Under the pieces are notes generated by a model. The model was not told the origin of the DNA. It saw only the letters and a program-made list of their open reading frames with translations, and did not search any database. Below, in pieces: positions 1 through 13,136 of a stretch of DNA of 64,000 nt. How positions within the stretch are numbered: the first letter of the stretch is position 1; every line of letters starts with the position of its first letter. The translations under genes were made by a program, and so were the position numbers. Source of the stretch: Rhodosorus marinus CCMP1338 (lineage: Eukaryota; Plantae; Rhodophyta); NCBI GenBank assembly GCA_029953675.1, contig JAMWBK010000010.1:1054001-1118000 (forward strand). Reading direction: 5' to 3'.

Positions 1-448
1 GTTTCTATTCACCTGCACAACGAAAAGAAACAGCTTGAGAGCGGGGATACGCGATGGTGAAGTCTACCCTCACAAAAATCCACAACTGCTCCCTTCTCTT
101 AGTCTTGGCCAACTCCTGGAAGCAATTGTTCAGCAGCCCGTCGCAAGTTCTTCACCCAAGCAGTAGAGCTCACACGCCCTTACTTTCGATTTCAATTCAG
201 AAGGAAAGTATGCTTACCCTAAGCTCAAGAATCTGAGCTTCTCCGGACAACGCCGTAATAGCCTCCGCCACCTCCGCATCACACGCACCGTACTTCACAA
301 ACGACACATGCTGAGAGATCAGCATTCCAAGCAATCCCACTCCTATGAAGAAGTACAGTACTTCCAGAAAACCCAGAACCTGCCCACCCAGCACCCTCCA
401 TACCAGACTCCGAACATGCAGCTCGTTGTGGACAGGCCTGGAGTCCAT
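1..448 (-). CDS. Partial multi-exon membrane protein, membralin/TMEM259-like (tentative); continues beyond window start
   Basis: ATG at 448 gives MDSRPVHNELHVRSLVWRVLGGQVLGFLEVLYFFIGVGLLGMLISQHVSFVKYGAC, which resembles the membralin N-terminal pattern (HxR...LExLY..hydrophobic..H..FV...C) from memory. A GTAAGC donor follows ...ILELR at ~217, and a further GT..AG intron is likely at ~13-65. Confidence 0.45.
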
Positions 449-3400
449 GACCCGTCTTCGCTCAAAGCTCCAGGTCACACACAAAACACAACTCTCCCGG
501 GGCAACCTTTTCCCACGAAAACACCCGTTCCTCCCTACCCAACTAACCGAACAGGATACCTCGCGACGTCAACTAGAGACTTCTATAAACTAGTACAACC
601 AATTGACTCTGTTTCCTTCCTTAACATGGCCTTTCATCCATTTTTCTAATCATAAAAGTTTTTTTCCACCATCACCATTTCCCCCCCTCCCCTCCGCCTG
701 CCTACTTTTGCCTCCCCTTCCTGTTCCTCTACTGCGCTCCGTAGTGTTCAGACCCTCTGCCAGCGAAGCCTTCAGCCAAATGACAACGTACAAACTTGAT
801 GTGTTTGCCAAGACAAAAAAAAAGCTCTCTTAAAAATGAAATAAATCAACGAGGATTGTCCTCTCGGAGGCAATTGTTTTGAGCAGATTCACAAAATTAT
901 CCAATAAAATGGAAAGGAGCGGTTAGATCCAAATATTTTACATCCAATAGATAATCCTTTTTTGGTTTAACACATGTTATTACTCATATCTTAAAGTGTT
1001 GGAAACTATTACAGAAATTTTGTTAAGTTGTTTTGGGGGTAAATGAACGGGGGTGTGATTTAGTATCCCCCCCAATTTGCCACAATAGGAGGGGGGGAGG
1101 GAGGGGGAACCGGGGGAGACCGGTGTCGGTCTTCCAATCTTTGCGAAAAATTTGTACAGGGGGTAAGAGGATTACCAGGCAACACGACTACGACAAGCGC
1201 ACCCTTCATGATATGAACATTATAAATTAATATTTATGTCAATAGAAAATAAATACTATATGATGTATTTTAGAATTTTATTACGCAGTTTTATATAAGA
1301 TAATTTTGTGCTTCATATTTATTATATAAGTCACTATATGATAAATAGTTTATCCTCCACCTCACCGCCTTTCGTCGTAGGGAATCTCTTTTCCCAAGGG
1401 AACGAGATTTCGAGAACTCGACCACTACTCATACCCCCCTTGTGGGATAGACTCAATGTTTTCATTATTCTAAATTATTTTTGGGGTGAACGTAGTGCCG
1501 CACTGTTTCATTTTACTCTGGTTCTTCAGCAAATCATCCATTGGTCGAGGGTATGAACTACCCACGATATTGTTTTTAAAAATCACTATAGGGATGTAAA
1601 ACTTTTTTCTATTGTTTTTACTTGACCGAGTAGATGCTGGACGAAATCTGGTCATCTATAAAAGGATGAATTGCATAAATAAATTCGAGTCACACGCACG
1701 TTGATCGCTCACGTAAAAAATTTATTTACTATTTCCTCTCTAGGTCAATGGGTCAATCATTATTGTATATCTTCGCAAGATGATTGATTTAGCTAGAATT
1801 CCCCTCGCAGGGCCTCTCTAAGCAGGCACCACTTTTTTGAGCCTTTTTTGAGCTCTTTCCCAAATACATAGTGAGAGACGAGTGGAGAACCGGTTTAACC
1901 TTTTTTAGAACAGAAGACTGACAAAAGTAGGAGGTTATCCTTTTCTTCCTCGCCTTTTGTTGCTTATTTCGGGATGCCCCAGCTACATGCGGCAAGGAAG
2001 GTCGTTCTTCTTGTTTTAAATTTGTGGTTACAATTCTTTTTTCTAAGTCCGCTCTGCAGATTTCTCATTCGTCGAAGAAGCGAGCTTCTGACACGTGTAC
2101 AAAAAAATAATGGAAAAAAAGGCCATGCCTACCCGTGTTCGTCGTCTTCATGGATCGGTGGGGTTTTTGATTGTGAGTTTCGAGATTCTCTTATGTACAT
2201 AATCGCTGCCGAAGTGGGCGTTGTTCAGGAGCGTTGCTGATCTAACAGCGCGAGCTTGAGATACTCTATTCCGCGGAACCCAGGATGACTTGTGTTTCTG
2301 TAATATGTCATTTTGTAACGCCTTAGTCTTAAGATAGCCACGCACTGCCGAATCCTTCGTTTGACACGTAGGAAGCCCTTTAGGAGGACATAGCCTTCGC
2401 TCAGGGTTCACGGGGATCTCATTCCTCAACTGCCACGCAGTAGTTCTGTTGTATGTGCATGGGCATAGATCGGCCGGTGTCTTGCTCAAAGCTGGCGTCA
2501 TCTGCCGCAGGCCTTCCTTACATTGCGATGAGCGCCTCTCGCTCGCACAAATACCCCAAGCGAGGTAGAGACTCGAGAACGACAGTCCATTCCCGCAGAG
2601 CATCGCATACTGCCGACCTTCATTCCCTACCTGCTCGCCTGTGGTTTGGATAAAAAATTCACGCGCGTCAATAGAGAACGCGGTTGAAGGCTACCTGCTG
2701 CATGGACGGAACACTCTTTCTAAAAGTCCAAGGATGAATTGAAATGTTTGCCGATGTTTTGATTCAATACCCTCGCCAAGGCGGAAGAAATGACTTGCTG
2801 ACCAACGCAAACTGTCAAAACCTTTTTTGGAAGGTTCCACAAACTTCGTACAAATAGTTAACGAAAGCAGCAACTGCATGCCCAAACAGAGCGACGGACT
2901 ACAATCAGCAGACTCGCCAGCCCTGCAAAGTGCAAAGTAGGCGACGCGTTCAGCTTGAATTTTTATTCACCAAGCCGCCTCCCTCGCCCTCTTCCCGCAC
3001 GTGCTTCCGCCCACACTTCAGCTCTACCGTTGTCATGCAGAATAATACTAGACCCTTCCACAATGCCGCCCACAACTGCCAAGCGATTTTATTTCAAAAA
3101 CCCAACAAATTCCCGCTTTGTTTTACTACGCCCTCGTTATTGTTCCGGAGGCCCTCGCATAGGGCATCAAAGTTCTAGAGCACCGGCTGGAATCGACGAT
3201 TTGACCATCGGATAGGGCACGTTTTAGGGCAAAACCGTTGAAATTAGTACAGCAATATGCATGGGGCAGAAAGGGCTGGCCCTATGGTCCCATAGGGCGT
3301 GCCCTATTACCTCGTTACGTATCTATCCTCGGCCTGGTTTGTACGAGAGTTACGTTGCTGATCAGAAAGCGAATCCGGTATTGGATTCACAAGCATTTTA

Positions 3401-4968
3401 CCAATCAGATTCCCAACTGCACACAGTTTCTCGCCACACCTCCTAAACCCCAGTGCGCAAAAAAACCAACCCTTTGGTAATCCCGCATGCATGCATGAAT
3501 TTACTGAATACTAAAAGTATCGTCAGGGGCCTGATAATTTTGCAATGCTTCCAAAAAAACCTCTCTAAAAATTTAATATATATACTCTTGTCCCATGATA
3601 CAAACCAGAGAGGGGGTGGTTATTTGGAAGACAAATCTGAGGACTACCCCAACACATCCAGCATCATCCCCCCCATTCGACACATACCGCCCTCCCTTCG
3701 TAAACACACCCTCCCCCCCCCCCGTACTTCCTCGGGTGCTCGTCTCAAATAAAAATTGCGGTGGGAGCGGTGGTAGAAACATCAATTCTCTGTCCGAAAT
3801 AACTTTTCAAGCAAAAACGCTAAAACAATTACCAAATACGAAAGATCGTGGGGCAGGATGGGACGAGGACCGTGCATTCTCGTCACCCAACTGGTAAGAT
3901 TCTAAACGAATTTCATGGCTTGGGCTTAATTTAGAACCATTCATGTAAAATCATTTTAAAAGTCACACGATAAAATAAATATATTCATGAATTTATTCAA
4001 TATTATATCTCTTATTCATAAAATGGACGGAACATGGATATGACAGTGAAAAGTACAAACTTACCGATGTATTGAAGTTTAAAGTGTCATCTATGTTGTT
4101 CCTTAGTTCTAGAAATTTTGATATAATTATTGAAGAAATGGGTACCTAATTGGGAGTGACCCTTGTCGGTGTATCTTGTGAAGAATCTTAGATTATGTTT
4201 ATACGCTCTTACTTTAGACTTATTTGATCTTATTAAAAAAAACAAAAAAACGGCTCGCTTGTTGAAGTCTTTGGTGGGGCCAAGTTGCTACAATGAGGAT
4301 TGAGGCGGCTTGGGCGGGGGCTGGGCCGGGGGAGGGGAGAGTGTCTAGCAGAAGTTTTGTGTTGAAGACTGCTCTTTCCTAGTGACACTGTTTTCGTTGC
4401 TGCGTATATGACGTTCGGGCGGTGCGTGAGTGTAAGTTTCGTAAGGAAAGGTTTCTTAGGGAAGAGGAACGAAGGAGAAGATTAGTCCGTTGAAAATACA
4501 TTAGTTGGGGGAGGGCTTACTCTGGGAAAGCTTTGTGAAAGGAAGGCAACGAACTGAGGGTAAGTTCAGCGGTGCAGTGCGGTTGGGGAAGGTTTGTTTT
4601 TTTTTGGTCGGGAGAGGCCGGCGAGCGAAGCTTGTGTGTCGCTTGAGTACAAACAAGGATATCGGCCTGGCCGTGGTTTGGCTTTTTGGGTTTGGAGTTG
4701 ACCGGTGGGATGACGTGGATTGGTGGGTCTGAATATAACCGACATTGTGCAGCGAAGGGCGTGTTTTGCTAAGTGGCTCTGAAGTTACAAGGATCGATTG
4801 GAATTGTAGCAAGCTAAGAATTTAGTTTGGGTCCGGCCACTTTGGGAAGTACGGCAGCGAGAGTTCATTTTGCAGAGCTGCAGTTTTCCATTCGGAAATC
4901 TGATACTTGAATACTCGAGAAACCAAGGAGTACTCGCTGGATAGGAGGGGAAACAGTCAGGAAGAAAG

Positions 4969-6678
<1,710 letters not shown>

Positions 6679-7413
6679 GTGATGCCCTTTGGTCATCAGG
6701 ATGTAGATCTACGTGTAATTCGACACACTCAAAACTGTTTTATTGTCATGAATACTTAGGTATCGAACTCCGGAAGAGATTGCAAATGCTGCCAGCATGG
6801 CGTTCGCCGCGACAAATAATGCAGAACCGCATGTCTTGCAAGCTAACTCTGCGGGGGCGTTGTGAGACTACCACAGGTTTTCGCCCATAACCATGTAAAA
6901 ATTTTGCGCCTGTCGACGCAGGCACCTTTTGATGAGGGTCACTTGCGTAGTGGCGGCGCAAGGTGTATGTACAAACCGAATTCAGATCTGGCGATAGCTG
7001 AACCTCCACCGTAGTGGAAGTTCACTCGGACAGAATTCGGACGAGAAGCTCGCTAGGATTTTAGAACATTTAGTGGAACGGAGCAGGTGCTTGGAACAAG
7101 TCCTTGCACCCACAAGAGTAGGCTCATGCACTCGTTGTCGTTTCCGACCCTACAGGGTTGCACGAGACGTTTTTAAGTTAAGAAAGGTTTCACGAGCATG
7201 CGCATATTTCAGCTATAAAAGAAAAAACAAGCTTGCTGGAGTAGAAAACCTCGCCAATTCAAAGGGCATGTAGCTCATACAATTGTATGAACTACATGCG
7301 CGTGAACTACATGCCCTTTTGAGGAACCTTCTCAAGTCAGTTTCATGTTTCGATAACCAGAAGCTAGTAGTCGAAACAAAAATTAAATTCCTAGATACTA
7401 GCACATCAGCGCC

Positions 7414-9642
7414 CTACTTGCCAGCATCCTCAAACATTTCAGACTTCCTAGGCAAAATCTTGAAGTCCAGTTTCGGTGTTCTAGAACTCCGATCGCTGCG
7501 GCTATCGCGTGTCCTATTTTGCGCTTGGACCTCGCCTTCAAAGATTGAAAATTCAATCCTCTCGCCGGTCCGACGGTCCGGTTTTCCGCATGCCACTATT
7601 GCGTAGCGGTACATCGTTCTGTTAAGGTCCTCCTGTTCATCATCTTCGTCGTCCTCGGGGACAACCAACGCAGCCGGTGTTTCAGTCTGATTCCAGGGAA
7701 CCTCAGGCTCCTCTTCGTCGCCATTCCATTTTGGCCTCTCAAACATCTTGCGTTCCTCAAGTTCGGCGCCGGAAGCCTCTTCGGGCTCGGCGACTTCCTC
7801 GAGCCACTCGTTCTGTTGCGATCCGGTGATTTCCTCGGCCTCAGCGTTCCTCTCCAATTGCTTCCACTCGTCCTCGTCGATTGCTCTCAATATCTCCTTG
7901 TTCATTTGTACAAGCTTGGCGGAATCCTCTCCGCAACCTTCGATCAGCTTGCTATGGATAACCACACCATACCTACTAACAAGTTCAACAAACATCACCA
8001 GATTCTCTCTGTCATGCACAGTCCCCAGGTATCCAACAACCGCAGCAAACAGTTCAGCTGTGAACGGAATGGAAATGTTTCTCATGCTAGTCAGAAGCCT
8101 TCTAGGATCCTGCCGTTGTTCCAAGGTTTCATCCAGGAGGTCGAATACCAAATCCACCTGTGGCATGCTGTCGTTTGTCCTCATTGAGTGGATGAGATCT
8201 GGAGCTTGATCGACTTTCTTCGTTTCCAGCATGGCATTGGCAATCAAAGCGAACAAGTTGATGCTAGGCGGTACGTTGAACCTTTGAACAAGGCTATGGA
8301 GCTCTACAATCTTCTCGGGGTTGTTGGATTCTCGATAAGCCACCGCCATCCTGGCAAAAGTCTTAAGATTCGGTGCAATGCCCTTCTTCAGCATGCCCTC
8401 AAGAACGAGCTCGGCACCAGGAACATCATCGTCCTTTGTCAATACGTTGATGAGGGTGTTGAATGTCCACACGTCGGGTAAAATACTGTTCTGATTCATC
8501 CTAACAAGAACTCGTTTAGCCCCCTGGGCATCCCCAAGCGCCGCGTATCCTTCCATCAACGAATTAAGCGCCTGCAAGCCAGGCTTGAGACCTCGACTCT
8601 TCATCTCCGCAATCGTACTCTCCGCACCAGCAACATCATCAGCCATGACATAAGCTTGAACCATCATATCCAAAATTTCCGAGTCTGGATATATCCGTTG
8701 GTCCAGCATTCTTGACAACCACCAGCGAACCGCTTTCGTATCGCCAACGTCTGCACACAGGCGAATAATTCTCGAGAACACTCGAGCATCAGGGCTTGTA
8801 TCATTCCTCTCCATCTCCTTCAGCACCGATTCTACGAGGTCGAACTGGCCGTTCCTCCCGTAAACTTTTATTAGAGTATCATAAGTCCACCAGTTCGGAA
8901 CTGCTCCGTTTTCTTTCAAGCGTCGGTAAACTCCTCGAGCTCCTTTCAGATCGTCCTTCAAATCGTAAGCACGGATCATAAAGTTGTAAGTAGCCGTCGT
9001 TCCTTTCTTTTCTGCTTCTTGCATGTCACTAAAAGTAGATTCTAGCTTTTCAATATCCCCATACTTTGCGGCTGCAGCAATCATCTGATTATACGTCCCA
9101 ATGTCACGAATCATTCCCAAGTCCTCCATCCTATCATACCAGACCTTACATTCGTCATATTCTCCCTGTATACTACACACCTTTATCATGTTGTTGTAGG
9201 TCGCGCTTCTGTACGGAATATCTCGCTTTGCCTGTTCCGTGAGGACTATCCTAACATAGTCCATTCCCCTTGGGGGTGGTACATGCTTAGCCAGAGCATG
9301 CATCAAATAGTTACACATCGGTTCGTTTAGGTTCACGTCGGCGTAAATTTCCTCCATTTCCTTGATTACAGCATCCACTCTCCCTGCTTGAAGGTTCTCC
9401 ACAATGTCATCAATTCGAAGGAAAACTTCTTCATCTCTTGCTTCTTGCCGTTTCCTCTTAGCCTCCTTCCTCATCCTCCTCTGCTTCTTCGTGATCATCA
9501 CCCATCTCACCTCAGCACGCCGCCTCTCAGTTATTTCTACAGTAATCCTACCACCCATCAGTCCACAGCTCCCCAACTCACTACTCACAATCCTCCTCCC
9601 CCCGACCGCACTACCGCACACGCCAAATCCAACATGAGCCAT
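7414..9642 (-). CDS. Pentatricopeptide repeat (PPR) protein, probably organelle-targeted
   Basis: Single long ORF with about 10 35-aa repeats (e.g. TYNNMIKVC, TYNQMIAAAAKYGD, TYNFMIRAY, TYDTLIKVYGRNG, TFNTLINVL). First ATG at 9642; acidic C-terminus. Confidence 0.93.
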   Translation of the reverse strand: MAHVGFGVCGSAVGGRRIVSSELGSCGLMGGRITVEITERRRAEVRWVMITKKQRRMRKEAKRKRQEARDEEVFLRIDDIVENLQAGRVDAVIKEMEEIYADVNLNEPMCNYLMHALAKHVPPPRGMDYVRIVLTEQAKRDIPYRSATYNNMIKVCSIQGEYDECKVWYDRMEDLGMIRDIGTYNQMIAAAAKYGDIEKLESTFSDMQEAEKKGTTATYNFMIRAYDLKDDLKGARGVYRRLKENGAVPNWWTYDTLIKVYGRNGQFDLVESVLKEMERNDTSPDARVFSRIIRLCADVGDTKAVRWWLSRMLDQRIYPDSEILDMMVQAYVMADDVAGAESTIAEMKSRGLKPGLQALNSLMEGYAALGDAQGAKRVLVRMNQNSILPDVWTFNTLINVLTKDDDVPGAELVLEGMLKKGIAPNLKTFARMAVAYRESNNPEKIVELHSLVQRFNVPPSINLFALIANAMLETKKVDQAPDLIHSMRTNDSMPQVDLVFDLLDETLEQRQDPRRLLTSMRNISIPFTAELFAAVVGYLGTVHDRENLVMFVELVSRYGVVIHSKLIEGCGEDSAKLVQMNKEILRAIDEDEWKQLERNAEAEEITGSQQNEWLEEVAEPEEASGAELEERKMFERPKWNGDEEEPEVPWNQTETPAALVVPEDDEDDEQEDLNRTMYRYAIVACGKPDRRTGERIEFSIFEGEVQAQNRTRDSRSDRSSRTPKLDFKILPRKSEMFEDAGK

Positions 9643-10517
9643 TCTCACGCCTAAAATTTCCTAACAGAAAACAGGAAAACACCTTCGCGCATTCAGTCCG
9701 ATTTCTGTACAGATTCTAACCAGTTCTACCAGAAACCAACGCACCCTTCCCCAACCCCTTCTCCTCTTCCCGACCACTTCCTCGACAACACCGGCCCGTC
9801 CTAACCCTCAAAGCACCTCGACACAATCTGAGTAGGAACTGGAAAAACGAATGGCCATAACTAGTCCAAATATCCCCAAAAAGATCTGAAAATAGGCTGG
9901 TATCTTTAATATATAAAAATATGACTCTTACTCCTCTATTTTATGTCCGCTCTTGAAATTTGAATGGGAATCCCGTTCACATCTCTCTCATGGCCTGCCC
10001 ACTGTGACTACTGTAACGCGTAAGTGGGCCTTCTCCGTCGTTCCGTTGAGTAGTAGAAGTCTGGCTTTATCATATGAAATAGTAGATATCTAAGCTATTG
10101 TTCTATCTGTACGTCTCATGCAAGGCAGAGACCATAGGACTTTTGCGGTACCTTACCGTGCACACCACCATTTTTTCTCATCTCCTGGGACACTTTTGGC
10201 TTTGCAGGTCGAAACGTCCAGCAGAATAAATCGGATCTCCGGAGGGGCAACGAGACATCATCTCGCCTTTCATATATTTAGACGGCTGTACTCAGCTATT
10301 AACAACCTCATGCCTTCACATCGTCAAGGTCGCGAAGCTGGTTAGCTCTTGGAACACTGTCCCATCTAATGGGACATTTTGTCTGGTCAATCTGTCCCGT
10401 TGAATCAAATCCGAGCTCTCGAGGAAGGAGATGCTATCTGTAGATCTGGAATTGGGGAAGCCCTGGGGAACGCGGGAAAGAGGGAAGAGCAGGAAGCTAG
10501 ATCAGGACTTGTTTAGG

Positions 10518-12566
10518 ATGGCTTGCAACTGTTTTGTGCCGTTTTGTGTGTCTGGCCTGGATCTAAGGGCAAGGCACACACTTTGTGCGGACCAGCGGGG
10601 CTTTAGTCCCGCGTCCGTGAGGAAGCGATGCAGGATTGCGATGAACAATGGTCTGGAGGGAGAGATAATCAATGCAGAAAGGCTGCTCAAACGAGGCCAA
10701 AGTTCGGCAGCGCTTCAGAGTGTGAGGAGGCTTCGTGAGTTTGGAGTAGATTTGAGAATATACAATCGACTTCTCAACGTCTGCGCAGAGAACCGGAACG
10801 TTCACGTCGCCGATCAGATTCTGCAACTAATCAGAGCTGAAGGCAAGGAATTGGATGTTATTAGCTATACGACACTGATCAAACTGTACGTGCGACGGAA
10901 GATGATGGGTAGGGTCGGAGAGGCACTATCCTCAATGCGATCCAAAGGAATCGTGCCAAATATTGTCACGTACAACACCGTTCTCCATGGGTTGCGTAAT
11001 GGTACAGACGTGACCGGGGCTGCGCTGAACATTTTAGCCGAGATGAAAGCTCAGGGAATTAAACCAGATGTATCGACATATTCGTCCATCATAGCAATCC
11101 ATGCGAGGTCCAAGAATCTGGAGGGAGTCTTGGAAGGCATCTCCGAGATGAAAATCAATGATCTTGTCCCCGATGAAAGGCTTTATTCCAAGTTGGTGCG
11201 CTCCTTTGCCCGGGACAGGATGCGCGAAGAGGTTGAACGGCTACTTAAGATGATGAAGGACGATGGGACAGAAGTTGATGCTTCGGGGCGCTGCGCGCTT
11301 GTTCGCCTTTACGCCTTGAAAGGGGATGAACGTGCCGTGAGGAGCATTATGGATATATCTATGACGTCAAGTGCAAGCTCGGCAACGGCATCGTTTAACA
11401 GTGCTCTCATCGGATTCTGTGAAGCAAACGACATGGAGGCCGGCGAGAGGTTCTTCAAGGATATGCGCGACCAGATCGCCATGGATGCATATTCAATTTC
11501 TGCAGTGGTCCGTCTGTGCTCTATGGACGGAGATGCATCGAGAGTAATGAGAATATTCAGAATGATGAAGGAAAGAGGTGTGCTACCAGATCCAGTGGCA
11601 TATAGCAATGTCATCGATGCTCTGGGGAGACTGGGTGATGTAAGGGGGGCTGCGGAAATGTTTTACGAGATGCTGGATCAGGGTATGAAGCCGAATATTA
11701 TAACGTACAACATCCTTCTCAACGTTTTTGCTCGGCAAGGCGAGGTTGAAGCTATGAGACAAGTGTTCAGAAGGATGCAGAGGGACAAGATCGTTCCGAA
11801 CCACGTGACGTACACAACTCTAATTGCTGGTTTTGGAAGAAGTGGAAACGTTGCCGGTGCGGAGAAGCTAGTTGAACAGATGGAGAGTAGAAACTGCCGG
11901 CCCAATGTGGTCACTTTCACTGCGCTCATGAAGTGCTATGCTGACACGGGTGACATCGATGGCGTCGAGGCGACTCGACAGAGAATGCTCGAGCGAAGGG
12001 TCATTCCAAACTTTGCAACGTATAATGTCCTGATAGATGCTTACGGCAAAGCGGGCCAGGTTGAGCGAGCCGAGAGCGCGTATCAGGATATGATCTCTGC
12101 TGATGTGCTGCCAACGGTTGTGACATTCACAACAATGATGAACATGTACCAGTCAGCAGAGAACCACGAAAAGGTTTCGGAAATGTTTGATCTGCTTGTG
12201 AGCATGGGTCTAAAGCCGGGTTTGGTCTCCTACAATCACCTCATTTACGCGTATGGTCGCGGAAGCGACCCAAAGAAAGCGGAGGATGTTCTCCAGCTTA
12301 TGCGAGAATCTGGAATACGCCCGGATGTAGTCACCTACAACTCGTTGATTGCTTCGTATGTGCGATGGGGACTGGTAGACAAGGCAACAGATGTTCTGGA
12401 GAGAATGGAGGAGGAAGGTGTGGAGGCCGATCATGTTTCGTTCTCAACGATATTGTGTGCGACCAGGAACAGAGAAGACTCGAGCGCCGTAGCACGCTTG
12501 AAGGACATGGCGGCAAGCAGGGGCTGCTATATAGATGAGGATCTGTGTGCAGTGGTAGAGTACTGA
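10518..12566 (+). CDS. Pentatricopeptide repeat (PPR) protein (alternative start 10431)
   Basis: Intronless ORF with about 15 canonical P-type PPR repeats (PNIVTYNTVL, PDVSTYSSII, PNIITYNILL, PNHVTYTTLI, PNVVTFTALM, PDVVTYNSLI). N-terminus MACNCFVPF is transit-peptide-like. Confidence 0.95.
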   Translation: MACNCFVPFCVSGLDLRARHTLCADQRGFSPASVRKRCRIAMNNGLEGEIINAERLLKRGQSSAALQSVRRLREFGVDLRIYNRLLNVCAENRNVHVADQILQLIRAEGKELDVISYTTLIKLYVRRKMMGRVGEALSSMRSKGIVPNIVTYNTVLHGLRNGTDVTGAALNILAEMKAQGIKPDVSTYSSIIAIHARSKNLEGVLEGISEMKINDLVPDERLYSKLVRSFARDRMREEVERLLKMMKDDGTEVDASGRCALVRLYALKGDERAVRSIMDISMTSSASSATASFNSALIGFCEANDMEAGERFFKDMRDQIAMDAYSISAVVRLCSMDGDASRVMRIFRMMKERGVLPDPVAYSNVIDALGRLGDVRGAAEMFYEMLDQGMKPNIITYNILLNVFARQGEVEAMRQVFRRMQRDKIVPNHVTYTTLIAGFGRSGNVAGAEKLVEQMESRNCRPNVVTFTALMKCYADTGDIDGVEATRQRMLERRVIPNFATYNVLIDAYGKAGQVERAESAYQDMISADVLPTVVTFTTMMNMYQSAENHEKVSEMFDLLVSMGLKPGLVSYNHLIYAYGRGSDPKKAEDVLQLMRESGIRPDVVTYNSLIASYVRWGLVDKATDVLERMEEEGVEADHVSFSTILCATRNREDSSAVARLKDMAASRGCYIDEDLCAVVEY

Positions 12567-13076
12567 CTGCATAACGTGTATAGGGACTAACTTATTTTCG
12601 GTTGCCTAAGGGAGAACTACGAAGGGAATGGTCGCAAGGTTTCGGCTCAAGGTATCTGAGAGGAGAAGCCTGGGGGGTATTGCGCTTCCCGGGATCGCCG
12701 AAGACTAACCAATCGAAGCTTCTACGCTTATTGGTTCATGACCTACGCATTTGCTCTGGTCTACCAATAGCAATACTGAGTAAATCCGATATCATCCCTA
12801 AGCACTGCGATCTATATTTCCTAGTCTTCGGCTGACAATTTTGAGACTCACTTGGAAGCCCGAAAGCCTACTAGCGTGAACCATTAATAGCATTCCGCGT
12901 AAGGGTCAACCTAAGATTCCAAATCATGGTCCATTTCTCAACTCCTGCGTGTGACCACATCCCTGACATGTCTTACATGGCGCCTACTAGTCCAAGACCG
13001 AGGGTAAAAAACCACTATCCTTGCTAGAAAGAGCGCCTGCGCTAGATGCAGAGGCAGAAGATGAGCAAGATGATCT

Positions 13077-13136
13077 GCACTACATATATGGTCCTCGCAT
13101 GCGTAAAGCCGCATGTGAGGACCATATATGTAGTGC
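13077..13136. repeat. 60-nt near-perfect hairpin (27-bp stem, 6-nt loop)
   Basis: GCACTACATATATGGTCCTCGCATGCG-taaagc-CGCATGTGAGGACCATATATGTAGTGC. 26/27 pairs are Watson-Crick and the remaining one is G-U on the + transcript. Confidence 0.95.

Noticed and set aside
650-4900. Short ORFs (e.g. 2148-2603, 2955-3215, 3595-3897) and G/C homopolymer tracts
   Set aside because: No recognisable motifs or splice-consistent model; treated as intergenic or promoter DNA.
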